In this document: in pieces, positions 7,432 to 15,994 of the stretch
Numbering within the stretch: the first letter of the stretch is position 1
Layout of the letters: each line of letters opens with the position of its first letter
Source of the DNA: a virus
Taxonomy: Duplodnaviria > Heunggongvirae > Uroviricota > Caudoviricetes
DNA: 33,304 nucleotides
Virus record (IMG/VR): IMGVR_UViG_3300038393_000245
Coordinates: 140,289-173,592 of that record
Direction: 5' to 3' (one strand)
Notes under the pieces: generated by a model
Told to the model about the DNA's origin: nothing
Seen by the model: only the letters and a program-made list of their open reading frames with translations
Databases searched by the model: none
Translations under genes and position numbers: made by a program

Positions 7432-8278
7432 TTATAAACTCCATTAGGTGTTTCATTTTATTGTGAATCATATAATTGAATATCTTACTTCGGTCTCCAG
7501 AAGACTGAGAGTTAAATTGATCGAGTATCTCAACCTTAAGGCTATTAGGCGTATAGGAAAGATCGATCATTTGTTGATTTCGTTTAAAATTTCTCTCAGC
7601 AGTAGAATCGGTCCATATCGATTTAGACTGTTGAATGAAAGATTCCAGTCTCTTCTTCGACATCACCCCCTGTCTCTCACTGAGAACTAAACAGTTGTCT
7701 GGAGACAGAATATTAGGAACTCCATCCCCTCGATCACCTTTAATAATGTGCTCTAGAAGAAATGATTCTGGATTGGATTCCACTACTTTCTTAGAATTAA
7801 CTGGATCGAATTGATCAACGTTTAGATAAACTTGAAGTTGTTTAAAATCCTTATCTCCACTAACAACCAATATTGGTTCTATGCCAGGAAGATAGGAACC
7901 GAATTCATGACATAGAGTTCCAATTATATCATCGGCCTCTGCTCCATCTACTTCGATGACCTTGTATGGAAAGAAGTTTCGAAGATCGGATCTGATCTCT
8001 CGAAGACCATTGAATATCGACTCCCAATCAAGAGGGCTCTCGTCTCGATCCTTCTTTCGGCTGGCCTTGTAATACGGAAATGTTGCTTTCCTCCAAGAGT
8101 TTCCAGTATCACAAGCGATAACGAGTTCACCATATTTAGAGGAGAACTTTTGACGGTACGATCTTAATGAATTAAGAACCATATGCTTGAACATAGGAAT
8201 CTCAATGGTGCCTCCAGATTTTCCCATTTGAACCATAATGGAGGCGATCATTACTTGCTGTAAGTCTACTATAATCAC
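7421..8278 (-). CDS. rnh: T4-type RNase H (5'-3' exonuclease)
   Basis: IACD...WRK..FPYYKA.RKK.R, GAEADDIIG, VSGDKDFKQL, GDRGDGVPN motifs; GTG start coupled to upstream TGA. Confidence 0.93.
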   Translation of the reverse strand: MIIVDLQQVMIASIMVQMGKSGGTIEIPMFKHMVLNSLRSYRQKFSSKYGELVIACDTGNSWRKATFPYYKASRKKDRDESPLDWESIFNGLREIRSDLRNFFPYKVIEVDGAEADDIIGTLCHEFGSYLPGIEPILVVSGDKDFKQLQVYLNVDQFDPVNSKKVVESNPESFLLEHIIKGDRGDGVPNILSPDNCLVLSERQGVMSKKRLESFIQQSKSIWTDSTAERNFKRNQQMIDLSYTPNSLKVEILDQFNSQSSGDRSKIFNYMIHNKMKHLMEFINEF

Positions 8279-8589
8279 TTGCAAACCTTAAAAATTTTAT
8301 CGACGGGAGCGAGCCAGTCGAAGTCTCCCTGAACCATAATAACATCAGAATAATCACGGCCAGAATATTTTTCGGCTTCTGAAGAACCCTTCTTAAATCG
8401 TGTAATGATTAAATTTCCAGAACCCTCAACATCAACATAGAGATTCCAGTCACCATCGTAGTAGCCCTTGATGTACGTTCCGTCTGAGACTAGGATTCCA
8501 AACTTGTCTCGAGGATACGTCTCATCACTAATGTTTCCACTAAAACAAAGTAGGTCATCCGACGCTCCATAAATGTAAACAGTCGCCAT
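8275..8589 (-). CDS. hypothetical protein
   Basis: Coupled ORF; VYIYGASDDL motif seen in phage hypotheticals. Confidence 0.7.
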   Translation of the reverse strand: MATVYIYGASDDLLCFSGNISDETYPRDKFGILVSDGTYIKGYYDGDWNLYVDVEGSGNLIITRFKKGSSEAEKYSGRDYSDVIMVQGDFDWLAPVDKIFKVCK

Positions 8590-8912
8590 TATTCAAACTC
8601 CACATGAACTCCAGATGCCATCTCTAAAGAACCATCTTGATGCTGATAGAACAAATTATCCGATATATCTTGGCATGGGTGATATTGGCCATTTAGTTTA
8701 TACACTACTGACCTGATAGCATGCACCATTAATGCATAGTCCTTACTATAACATGGATCATCATAATTGTCAAACCCAGCCGACTCTAATCCTTGAAAAA
8801 TAGCATCGGAAAAATCATTAACCATATCGTCTGCAGCTTCCATGTAGAGAAAATCTTCGCTGGCTGGCTTATAGATTTCCGGCCATGGTCCCTTGATTAC
8901 ATTATCCGACAT
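8589..8912 (-). CDS. hypothetical protein
   Basis: Coupled ORF in operon; NVIKGPW N-terminus. Confidence 0.7.
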   Translation of the reverse strand: MSDNVIKGPWPEIYKPASEDFLYMEAADDMVNDFSDAIFQGLESAGFDNYDDPCYSKDYALMVHAIRSVVYKLNGQYHPCQDISDNLFYQHQDGSLEMASGVHVEFE

Positions 8913-9906
8913 TATACGAAAACATCTTTCCTGGAATCTTCTTTAAAGGATTTTGCATAACTATGCTTTCAAGAAGACCATTCCACCGAAGTGATTTGCT
9001 TCTCCAATCAAATCGAGCATTTGCATATAATTGAGCGAATCTAATCTGAGCCCTTGTAGCCTCGGCATTTAAGTGTTCTATCGAATGATCAAGAAGATGA
9101 TAGAGCCGAGTCGCGTGAGCATTCTCATCCTCATGGAACTGATACATGTAGGTGAATTCACTAGAAGTTTCTGGGAGTGCTCCGTAGTTAGAGTGAATAC
9201 ACAACAAACCAGCTGACATCGCTTCAATTAAACATAGACATGATGTTTCAGGCCAGATCGATGGATACGCGAATATGTCTCCATAACACTCCAAGTATTC
9301 ACGAATATCTTCATTAGGCTTCGTTCCATGATTGATGATATGAGGATGAGCGTCTAGAAGAGAGAACAATTCTCTATACTGATCATCTCGTTCCTTCCAT
9401 CCATATAGTTCAAAAGATGAAAAGACATCGAGTTTAATATTTGAGTGTTTTTTGCTTAAAGCATCAAAAGCCGCATAGAGGATATGAAGTCCCCTATGAG
9501 GAGTAGAAGTATAGCAAATCCGAATCTCATCATCGTCATCTGCATTAGGATGTCGATCTAGTGGAATGATAGAGTTTTCAATTACCTCGCAATGAGACCA
9601 TGGAATGCTATATCGATTGATGTATGACTGCATCTGCCAGTTTGACACGAATACGATCTTATGGAATCGATTCCATTTTCCATCTCCTAGAGCTTCATCG
9701 GCTTCAGGGTCTCCGGCTAGATCATGAGCGTAGAATATTCGATATCTATTTTCATCTAATTCTCTAACTCGAGAGAAAATGATCTGAAACTGTTCTAGTA
9801 GATCTCGTCGTACCGATCCGTCATACAAACGTTCTTGAAGGAGCTCAGTTCCTCCCATTGCATTCTTATTAGTCTCATTACGCTCAATTAAATCATGATT
9901 CGACAT
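8902..9906 (-). CDS. GT-B glycosyltransferase (GT4-like)
   Basis: YTSTPHRGL, FAYPSIWPETSCLCLIEAMSAGL, NYGALPET motifs. Confidence 0.85.
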   Translation of the reverse strand: MSNHDLIERNETNKNAMGGTELLQERLYDGSVRRDLLEQFQIIFSRVRELDENRYRIFYAHDLAGDPEADEALGDGKWNRFHKIVFVSNWQMQSYINRYSIPWSHCEVIENSIIPLDRHPNADDDDEIRICYTSTPHRGLHILYAAFDALSKKHSNIKLDVFSSFELYGWKERDDQYRELFSLLDAHPHIINHGTKPNEDIREYLECYGDIFAYPSIWPETSCLCLIEAMSAGLLCIHSNYGALPETSSEFTYMYQFHEDENAHATRLYHLLDHSIEHLNAEATRAQIRFAQLYANARFDWRSKSLRWNGLLESIVMQNPLKKIPGKMFSYNVG

Positions 9907-10171
9907 TAATATATTCAATCATTATCTTTTCAACTGGAGAGACCTCATAACACTCGACGAATTCTCCCTCATCAGAGTAGGGACCCTCATCTTGCATTTC
10001 GGTCGCACCTCGCGAGTAAACACTTCTATAGTATTTCCCAGAATATTTGAATATCATATTATGAATGATTGACCATCGAGATACGTCTACAATAGTGTTT
10101 TGTATTAGCTCGTATCCCTCGGGAGGAGCGCCATACGATAGTTCAACTAAATCTTCAGTTAGGAATTGCAT
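9893..10171 (-). CDS. hypothetical protein
   Basis: ORF overlapping GT start; SRWS...IFKY.GKYY..YS.GATE.QDE pattern. Confidence 0.7.
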   Translation of the reverse strand: MQFLTEDLVELSYGAPPEGYELIQNTIVDVSRWSIIHNMIFKYSGKYYRSVYSRGATEMQDEGPYSDEGEFVECYEVSPVEKIMIEYINVES

Positions 10172-10228
10172 CTTTTTCTCATCATACGAAATTAAATAAG
10201 TGTATCAGTCAGGTTTTGGGATCAACAA

Positions 10229-10615
10229 TTATGTTTTGGAAATGTCTTGGAGAGAGTTCTCTCGATCAATGAACCTGTAAACATATCTAACAATATCAAA
10301 TCTAGACGATATAAACTCTATCACTTCATTTGGAGTAAACGGAGCACAGCTGTATAAGTCGAAATCGAGTTTTCCAGTGTTATTCTCATAGTTCCAAATA
10401 TGAATCACTGAATTACTGGTTGTCAAAAGGACATCCGCCGTGATTCCTTCATTTCCAGGCTCATCACACCAGATTGATCTGGCCGGTGATAGTATTTTCA
10501 TTCTTACGTGACTAACAAGATCAGTCATGAATTCTTTGACAGCTTCGACGTCATTTCTACTTGGAGGATTGACTATCTCTGCTCGTAACATGAGGTGTAG
10601 ATGGGCTGATGGCAT
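10229..10615 (-). CDS. S-adenosylmethionine decarboxylase-like (SpeD/SpeH fold, pyruvoyl-type)
   Basis: HL...., GIT..VLL.TS.S.IHIW, DFDLYSC..F motifs; the usual ESH site reads TSN. Confidence 0.7.
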   Translation of the reverse strand: MPSAHLHLMLRAEIVNPPSRNDVEAVKEFMTDLVSHVRMKILSPARSIWCDEPGNEGITADVLLTTSNSVIHIWNYENNTGKLDFDLYSCAPFTPNEVIEFISSRFDIVRYVYRFIDRENSLQDISKT

Positions 10616-10674
10616 CTCATGAGAGCTCCGTATAATTGTTAATGGAACTCTAGCAGAATAGCTAGATGCTGTAT

Positions 10675-10893
10675 TTATTCTTTTACTAGAGCCTCTTCTA
10701 CTCTATCACTTACCGAAGAATCAGAGAAAGTCAACATCCACAGACACACTGCTTCGCGAGCCTCATTTCGAGACCAACCTAAGTCGTCAACTATAAATGA
10801 CGAAGACCCAAACATATTGGTAACCCCAGATTCTCGTAGATCATCCAGATATTCAAAGGCCTCAAACAATTCATCTCGAGTAAGATTAACCAT
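10675..10893 (-). CDS. hypothetical protein
   Basis: FEYLDDLRESGVTNMFG motif common in phage hypotheticals. Confidence 0.7.
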   Translation of the reverse strand: MVNLTRDELFEAFEYLDDLRESGVTNMFGSSSFIVDDLGWSRNEAREAVCLWMLTFSDSSVSDRVEEALVKE

Positions 10894-11509
10894 TAATAGT
10901 TCTTTCTATCTTCTGAATTCTTAGAATATCAGCAGCAACATCATGAACACTGTTATGAGGAATAAACATATCATTCCAAAGATTCTCATCATCCAAAGGA
11001 CAGAAACCATTCTTAATATTTGGATTAAATTCGAATCTTGTATCGATATATGTTCTCACGTCTCGAGCTAACCAGAACGGAAGAAGTTTGTCTAATTTTT
11101 CTCGTGAAGAGAAATCCCTAAAGTTTCGATGCAGGAGAATTGGATCGAACGTATTAGAACGAGACCACCATTTTTTAATCCGAGTTCCATCTAAGTATTC
11201 TTCTAAATTAGAACAAAATTTCTTGACTGAGATATCACTCTTAGATGGTTTAATCTGAGTTTTAGCTTCTTCTCCCTGAGAGAACCACCAATCAATGTCT
11301 CTCTTTGAGAATGAATATCCTGACTCAACCTGGGGTTCTAGACAAAATTTATCTTGTCTAATAACCGAGATGAGTTCTTGGAATGTGTATGGAGTATCAG
11401 AGGTGAATCTGTCCCAGTCGAAGATAAAATAGGAACAGTTGATCACTGGAACGGTAAACACGTCTTGCCCCAGAGACTCATAGTCCAAGATAAAATGAGG
11501 ATTATTCAA
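10886..11509 (-). CDS. dexA: DexA exonuclease A (DEDD 3'-5' exonuclease)
   Basis: ILDYESLG, WWFSQ..EAK, WSRSNTFDPIL, RDVRTYID, HNSVHDVAADIL motifs. Confidence 0.85.
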   Translation of the reverse strand: MNNPHFILDYESLGQDVFTVPVINCSYFIFDWDRFTSDTPYTFQELISVIRQDKFCLEPQVESGYSFSKRDIDWWFSQGEEAKTQIKPSKSDISVKKFCSNLEEYLDGTRIKKWWSRSNTFDPILLHRNFRDFSSREKLDKLLPFWLARDVRTYIDTRFEFNPNIKNGFCPLDDENLWNDMFIPHNSVHDVAADILRIQKIERTING

Positions 11510-11553
11510 TTTCTATTGCCCTCTAGAGCCATGCTAGAAGAGGAACACATGGC

Positions 11554-11955
11554 TTATGGTAAGGTTTTCCCAAAAATATAAAGGATATTCTTAGTTTCTT
11601 TGATTTCTTGATCTTTTAAATAGAACCTTTTAGCCTCCATTAATAGAGGAAGTATTCTCTTTCCTTGACTAGAATTAAAAGTAACACCGGTCCTATAAAA
11701 GGGTTGAACACTTATACTACTGGCAACATATCGTAAAGAAAACGTCCTATTATATGTTGCGATTTGCGATTCAGAAAACGACCACCTCTCGGGTTCATTT
11801 TCTAGAGACTCGCATATTGTTTGAACGAGATACTCTTTAGGATCAATCTTATCTTCAACAATAGTCACTTCGGAATCCTCACTCTCTGTTCCGAGAGGCT
11901 TAAGAAGATCGCTCTCTAACTGATTCATTGGAGGAGGAACTATATAAGAATCCAT
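11554..11955 (-). CDS. hypothetical protein
   Basis: ORF track 166 aa; start moved to ATG 11955 (AGGGA SD) to reduce overlap; start uncertain. Confidence 0.55.
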   Translation of the reverse strand: MDSYIVPPPMNQLESDLLKPLGTESEDSEVTIVEDKIDPKEYLVQTICESLENEPERWSFSESQIATYNRTFSLRYVASSISVQPFYRTGVTFNSSQGKRILPLLMEAKRFYLKDQEIKETKNILYIFGKTLP

Positions 11956-12424
11956 TATCCCTAAGCGAATTGATGCTTTCTTTTGCTGACGTGTGAAGAA
12001 TGAACGTACCACCATTTTCCTCCCAGATGTGTTTCCATTTCGGCCAATCGTCAATAATCACGTTGTGTTTGTCATTGACCATGTGAGTAGACTTACGCTT
12101 TGACTGGCAACAGATCATAGGAATTCCTGGAAAGTGCTCGTCTCTCCAGGCTTCTTTCTGTGGACGTGGCCATTCAGAACCTTTAGGAGCGCCGGTTAGA
12201 ATGATAGGATTTAAATGACGAACAGCCTCAACTAATTCAACTGCATCAGGCATTTTAGGAAGTTGGCGAAAGAATCCTCCAGGAAAGTTTTCGATCTCAC
12301 TCCAAAACTTATTCTGTCCAAACTCTTTCTCGTACTCTCTTGGATCTAACTTATAGTTGTCAATAAAGAATCGATCGAAGTCCGCTAGCACTCCATCACA
12401 GTCTAAGAATAATTGGATTGTCAC
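11900..12424 (-). CDS. HAD-family 5'(3')-deoxyribonucleotidase
   Basis: FLDCDGVLADF, FF..LP..PDA.EL, ILTG.P, K..W...HFP, IIDD motifs. Confidence 0.85.
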   Translation of the reverse strand: MTIQLFLDCDGVLADFDRFFIDNYKLDPREYEKEFGQNKFWSEIENFPGGFFRQLPKMPDAVELVEAVRHLNPIILTGAPKGSEWPRPQKEAWRDEHFPGIPMICCQSKRKSTHMVNDKHNVIIDDWPKWKHIWEENGGTFILHTSAKESINSLRDNGFLYSSSSNESVRERSS

Positions 12425-12723
12425 ACTCGAACTTTCTCTACTAAAGGTACACTATTAAGGTGTGTAGCGAAAGCTTTTCCATCTTGGTGAACTTCTAGAT
12501 CAAGGGCCAACTCATAGCAGATGTATGATAAATCCTTGGCAGCATCTCCCTCTAAACCCAATTTAGAGGCCAAATCCCATCCTGAACCCTTGTCACTATG
12601 GACATAATATGTAGTTGTCTTGGGCCAGTTAATTCGATCATCAAGAGCATTCTGGAGCCTCAAGATTTCATTCTTGATGTCTTCTTCATTGGCCGTTGAT
12701 AGATCTAATCCATTCTTAGACAT
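12421..12723 (-). CDS. hypothetical protein
   Basis: Coupled ORF in operon. Confidence 0.65.
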   Translation of the reverse strand: MSKNGLDLSTANEEDIKNEILRLQNALDDRINWPKTTTYYVHSDKGSGWDLASKLGLEGDAAKDLSYICYELALDLEVHQDGKAFATHLNSVPLVEKVRV

Positions 12724-12994
12724 TAGGAGTCATCACCCAATTTACATTTTCGATACGAAATGACCTCCATCCTTCGGCCTCAATGTCCCAGACATTCATT
12801 CTCCCGGATTCGGATGGCTTCTTCATTTCTTCTTCTTGAACGAATTTATCCACGTCAAAATGATGTGGAAAGCGAGAAGGATCTAGCGTACAAACCATAT
12901 CTCTAACAAGACCATTAGTCTTGTTGAAATTAATTCTGACGATGTTCTTAGAGAGACGGTCGTATAGTTCTTTTCGATTTAGTATTGTTGCCAC
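12716..12994 (-). CDS. SH3-like beta-barrel protein common in T4-like phages
   Basis: I.F.K.NG..R.M.CTL...VWD.EA.GWRSFR..NV pattern. Confidence 0.75.
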   Translation of the reverse strand: MATILNRKELYDRLSKNIVRINFNKTNGLVRDMVCTLDPSRFPHHFDVDKFVQEEEMKKPSESGRMNVWDIEAEGWRSFRIENVNWVMTPNV

Positions 12995-13245
12995 GTTTCA
13001 CTTTCAATAGGTCGATTAAGCCATTTCTCCAGATCATCAGCACCACCGATATGGATTGTTTCTATTCCAGAGTTGAATTCGATCTGAGGATATGTTCTGG
13101 CATTAGGAAACTTTTCTAGAAGTTCTTCTCTAGAGAAGTCTGTTCCTACTTTGAGTTCCCTAAAAGGGAGATTTGCTTGTGTTAGTTTGAAGACTGCTCT
13201 AGTACAATGAGGGCAGTTTTCTTTAGACCAAATAATGAATTCCAT
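12979..13245 (-). CDS. glutaredoxin
   Basis: WSKENCPHC, ARTYPQI, HIGGADDL motifs. Confidence 0.92.
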   Translation of the reverse strand: MEFIIWSKENCPHCTRAVFKLTQANLPFRELKVGTDFSREELLEKFPNARTYPQIEFNSGIETIHIGGADDLEKWLNRPIESETWQQY

Positions 13246-13250
13246 ATATC

Positions 13251-13279
13251 TCTATAACATAAGTGAGAAGAAATGTCAA
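13251..13279 (-). promoter_or_regulatory. sigma70-type promoter TTGACA-N17-TATAGA, probably leaderless transcript
   Basis: -10 hexamer ends 5 nt before the glutaredoxin ATG. Confidence 0.75.
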
Positions 13280-13282
13280 GGA

Positions 13283-14044
13283 TTATTTTGCGCCTCCCGA
13301 AAGAGCAACATCCTTACATATTGCGAGCCTTTGATTTCGAATCTGTCCTCCGGCAGCTCCTCCAACGTTAATAGTGAAGTTTTCATTACAATATTTAAAG
13401 ATGGTAAGGAATGCATCCTTTTGAATAATGATCTTCTCTCCCTTATAGACTGGGACTTCTTTAATCACATTTCTAATGATCACACGAGGTTTAGCCTCAA
13501 CAGCCCGTTGAGCGTATGTCATACAATCAGAAAGACCACCATTGGTCTTTTCATAACACCAGTGAGCTTCCTGAACATAGTCTGCTGGTTTATCTACAAC
13601 TCTAACTCCAGAGTAAACTGGAACATTCACTCGCTTCTCAATAATTCGTGGTTGCTTAGCGATGTTAGCATAATACAAGCAGCGATCCATGTCTTTCTGA
13701 ATCTCTGACATGCAATACTTGAATCGTTCATCGAATGTAGCTTCCTTAACCACAGTCTTAATTCCAGCGTACCGAACAACATCTCGATAAACCGGAATCT
13801 TTTTCTCTACATATCGAACATTATAATCTGGAGACGGGATTGCGTAGACCAAAACCCACACGATACCAGTAACAATGATTGAAAGAATTCCAAGGAAAGT
13901 TCGATTGTCCATTCTCCCGGATGGAGAACGATTCTGAGCAGACAATCCTTGAAGTAGGATTACTATGGAAATGATAAGAGCTAGAATTGATCCGTAAGTA
14001 ATAGGAGTCTTAAGATTGTAGAGATAAACCCACAACAGTTCCAA
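13283..14044 (-). CDS. two-TM membrane protein with three Cys-pair repeats
   Basis: TTG start 7 nt after AAGGAG; two hydrophobic segments, then repeated VPVY and C-x10+-C units. Confidence 0.75.
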   Translation of the reverse strand: MELLWVYLYNLKTPITYGSILALIISIVILLQGLSAQNRSPSGRMDNRTFLGILSIIVTGIVWVLVYAIPSPDYNVRYVEKKIPVYRDVVRYAGIKTVVKEATFDERFKYCMSEIQKDMDRCLYYANIAKQPRIIEKRVNVPVYSGVRVVDKPADYVQEAHWCYEKTNGGLSDCMTYAQRAVEAKPRVIIRNVIKEVPVYKGEKIIIQKDAFLTIFKYCNENFTINVGGAAGGQIRNQRLAICKDVALSGGAK

Positions 14045-14088
14045 GAGACTTCTCCTTGATCATGTCTCGATAATAATCAATCATGATT

Positions 14089-14117
14089 AGTATAAACTAA
14101 ATGATAGCAGAAGTAAA
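14089..14117 (-). promoter_or_regulatory. sigma70-type promoter TTTACT-N17-TATACT
   Basis: 17-nt spacer, upstream of the 14044 gene. Confidence 0.65.
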
Positions 14118-14136
14118 CTACAATACTATACAAATG

Positions 14137-14198
14137 AAAAGGGGATCAGATTTCTCCGATCCCCTTATTAGACCCTCGTGTGTGGAACTGGAGGGTCT
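14137..14198 (-). terminator. tandem hairpins / intrinsic terminator
   Basis: AGACCCTC/GAGGGTCT (14170-14198), then AAGGGGATC/GATCCCCTT plus T-tract (14137-14166). Confidence 0.75.
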
Positions 14199-14236
14199 TA
14201 TTTATTTGTATTATTCTTATCTGACCGAAGCTTAAT

Positions 14237-14401
14237 TCACTTGGGATTGATATTAGAAGTTGGTTCAGATGTATCCGATCCTTCTCCAGTAGGAGTTGGA
14301 GTAGCAACGATATTAGGATCGGGAGTCTTTTCCTTCTTAATATAATAGTATGTTACTCCCAATACGGCAGCAACAAGGAGAAAAATTACGATGCCTTCCA
14401 T
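14237..14401 (-). CDS. small single-TM protein with P/T/S-rich tail (54 aa)
   Basis: Not in ORF track. MEGIVIFLLVAAVLGVTYYYIKKEKTPDPNIVATPTPTGEGSDTSEPTSNINPK; AAGGA SD. Confidence 0.65.
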   Translation of the reverse strand: MEGIVIFLLVAAVLGVTYYYIKKEKTPDPNIVATPTPTGEGSDTSEPTSNINPK

Positions 14402-14417
14402 GACTTTTCCTTTATCT

Positions 14418-14492
14418 TGGAGCTCCTAACCGGAATCGAACCGATCTCTATCGCTTACAAGGCGATTGCATCACCGACAATGCTTTAGGAGC
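14418..14492 (-). tRNA. tRNA-Thr(UGU)
   Basis: Cloverleaf GCTCCTA/TAGGAGC, anticodon arm ATCGC-CTTGTAA-GCGAT, GGTTCGATTCC, encoded CCA. Confidence 0.92.
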
Positions 14493-14501
14493 TTGATTAC
14501 G

Positions 14502-14509
14502 TATTTATA
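14502..14509 (-). promoter_or_regulatory. T4-type late promoter TATAAATA
   Basis: Exact T4 gp55 consensus 9 nt upstream of tRNA-Thr. Confidence 0.7.
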
Positions 14510-15112
14510 CTACTTCTTGTGGACATATGATCCGTGACTAGGATCCCCATAGAGCTGTCGGTTCTTCCGAATTCGCTCTCTGAGCTCAGAAAACTCAATA
14601 GGACGATAATCTATCTGTTCTACCGATACATTACAATAGAGTGGGTCGAGAAGACGATCCTCGTCCCTATTTGAATAAGGTGACTGTTTAGTCACGATAT
14701 TCGCGTGTAGGTGTCCGTGAACGTTGGTTCCCCAACGCTGAGTAATCGACTCTCTGTGTAGAGGAACATGGGTGAGAACGATATCTTCTAGAACTCGAAT
14801 GCCGTAAATCTCTTTGAAGTATTCGAGGTAGACTTTCGTCTTGAAGATGTCGTGATTTCCTCGCACCAAACGCTTGGTTCCATTAAGTCGACCAAGAATG
14901 TTGATGAACTTCTGGTTAATCACGACGTCGCCGAGGTGGTAGATTTTGTCCCCATCCTTTACGACTTCGTTCCACCTACGTACCATTTCCTCATCCATCT
15001 CTTGCGCGTTAGCGAAGGGACGTAGAGGAGTAACGCCGTCAGGACGCTTGAACGTCGTACAGCATTTTTCATGCCCAAAGTGTGTATCACTTATGAAGAA
15101 AATATTAGCCAT
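14510..15112 (-). CDS. calcineurin-like metallophosphoesterase
   Basis: SDTHFGH, HLGD, GNHD, THVP, HGHLH motifs. Confidence 0.9.
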   Translation of the reverse strand: MANIFFISDTHFGHEKCCTTFKRPDGVTPLRPFANAQEMDEEMVRRWNEVVKDGDKIYHLGDVVINQKFINILGRLNGTKRLVRGNHDIFKTKVYLEYFKEIYGIRVLEDIVLTHVPLHRESITQRWGTNVHGHLHANIVTKQSPYSNRDEDRLLDPLYCNVSVEQIDYRPIEFSELRERIRKNRQLYGDPSHGSYVHKK

Positions 15113-15117
15113 ACTTT

Positions 15118-15146
15118 AATATATCACACAGAAATAATAATGTCAA
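15118..15146 (-). promoter_or_regulatory. sigma70-type promoter TTGACA-N17-TATATT, probably leaderless transcript
   Basis: -10 hexamer ends 5 nt before ATG 15112; no SD. Confidence 0.8.
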
Positions 15147-15149
15147 CCA

Positions 15150-15872
15150 TTAATCAACTTCAAGAAGAGTATCGACGAGTTCTAGAGCATCTGGAAGAAT
15201 CTCATTGCTCCTAAATCGAAGAAGATTATAACTCCGAAGAACTCCCCTCTTATGCTCTTCAATAGGATAGACACCAATTGCGGTCTTCTCGTTTCCAATA
15301 TCAGGCTCTTTGAATGTAATGAACGGAACCTTCATTACGGTAAGAACCCTCTCAACGCTTTCAAGAGCTTCTAAGTCTTCAACTCCACAGCACGTGAAGT
15401 GTAGATCCTGAACTTCTTCTGAAGACAAATGACTTCCTAATTCTAGAGCTGCGTGCGCAGTCTGAACTAGCTGATACTCTTCAAAAATATCTTGTCTCGT
15501 GAAGAAGTACGAATACCTTCGAACAAGAGACTTTCCCGCGAATTCTTTCGCAATTGAGTGATATTCATCGATTTCTTCTTCAGAGAGAAGGGAATCGAAT
15601 GAAACTCCAAGAAGGGTTGGATGCTTTCCACCCCACCGATATGAATTAAACTGTTGCGAAACTGTATCGAATGGAATTCTTCCTCCAGCCAGCTTGGTTG
15701 TTTTAGAGACTGGAGTGAAAGCTTTACGAAGAAGATGCTTCGCGACAGCGATCTTATCTTCTTCTTTAGACATCATCGCTCTAAGAATGCACATCTGAGC
15801 GTGATGGATCGAGTTATTAGCCTTGTTGTCCGAGAGATTGTTCCAAGCGGACTTGATATCTTCTTTAATCAT
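15150..15872 (-). CDS. two-domain protein with C-terminal peptidyl-tRNA hydrolase 2 (PTH2)-like domain
   Basis: C-half Y.F.RQD....QLVQTAHAA...V..LE.L...F.EPDIGNEKTAI..PI; N-half RKAFTPV..KLA.G..F. Confidence 0.6.
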   Translation of the reverse strand: MIKEDIKSAWNNLSDNKANNSIHHAQMCILRAMMSKEEDKIAVAKHLLRKAFTPVSKTTKLAGGRIPFDTVSQQFNSYRWGGKHPTLLGVSFDSLLSEEEIDEYHSIAKEFAGKSLVRRYSYFFTRQDIFEEYQLVQTAHAALELGSHLSSEEVQDLHFTCCGVEDLEALESVERVLTVMKVPFITFKEPDIGNEKTAIGVYPIEEHKRGVLRSYNLLRFRSNEILPDALELVDTLLEVD

Positions 15873-15897
15873 TATTTTATTTCCTTGATCTTTAGTG

Positions 15898-15926
15898 AAT
15901 ATACTATAACTTGATAATGTTGTAAA
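15898..15926 (-). promoter_or_regulatory. sigma70-type promoter TTTACA-N17-TATATT
   Basis: 17-nt spacer, upstream of the 15872 gene. Confidence 0.7.
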
Positions 15927-15994
15927 CTACAATACTAAGTTATGAGGATCAAGGAGGTTGAGCTAATTGCTAGTTCATACTATATCCTATGAGA

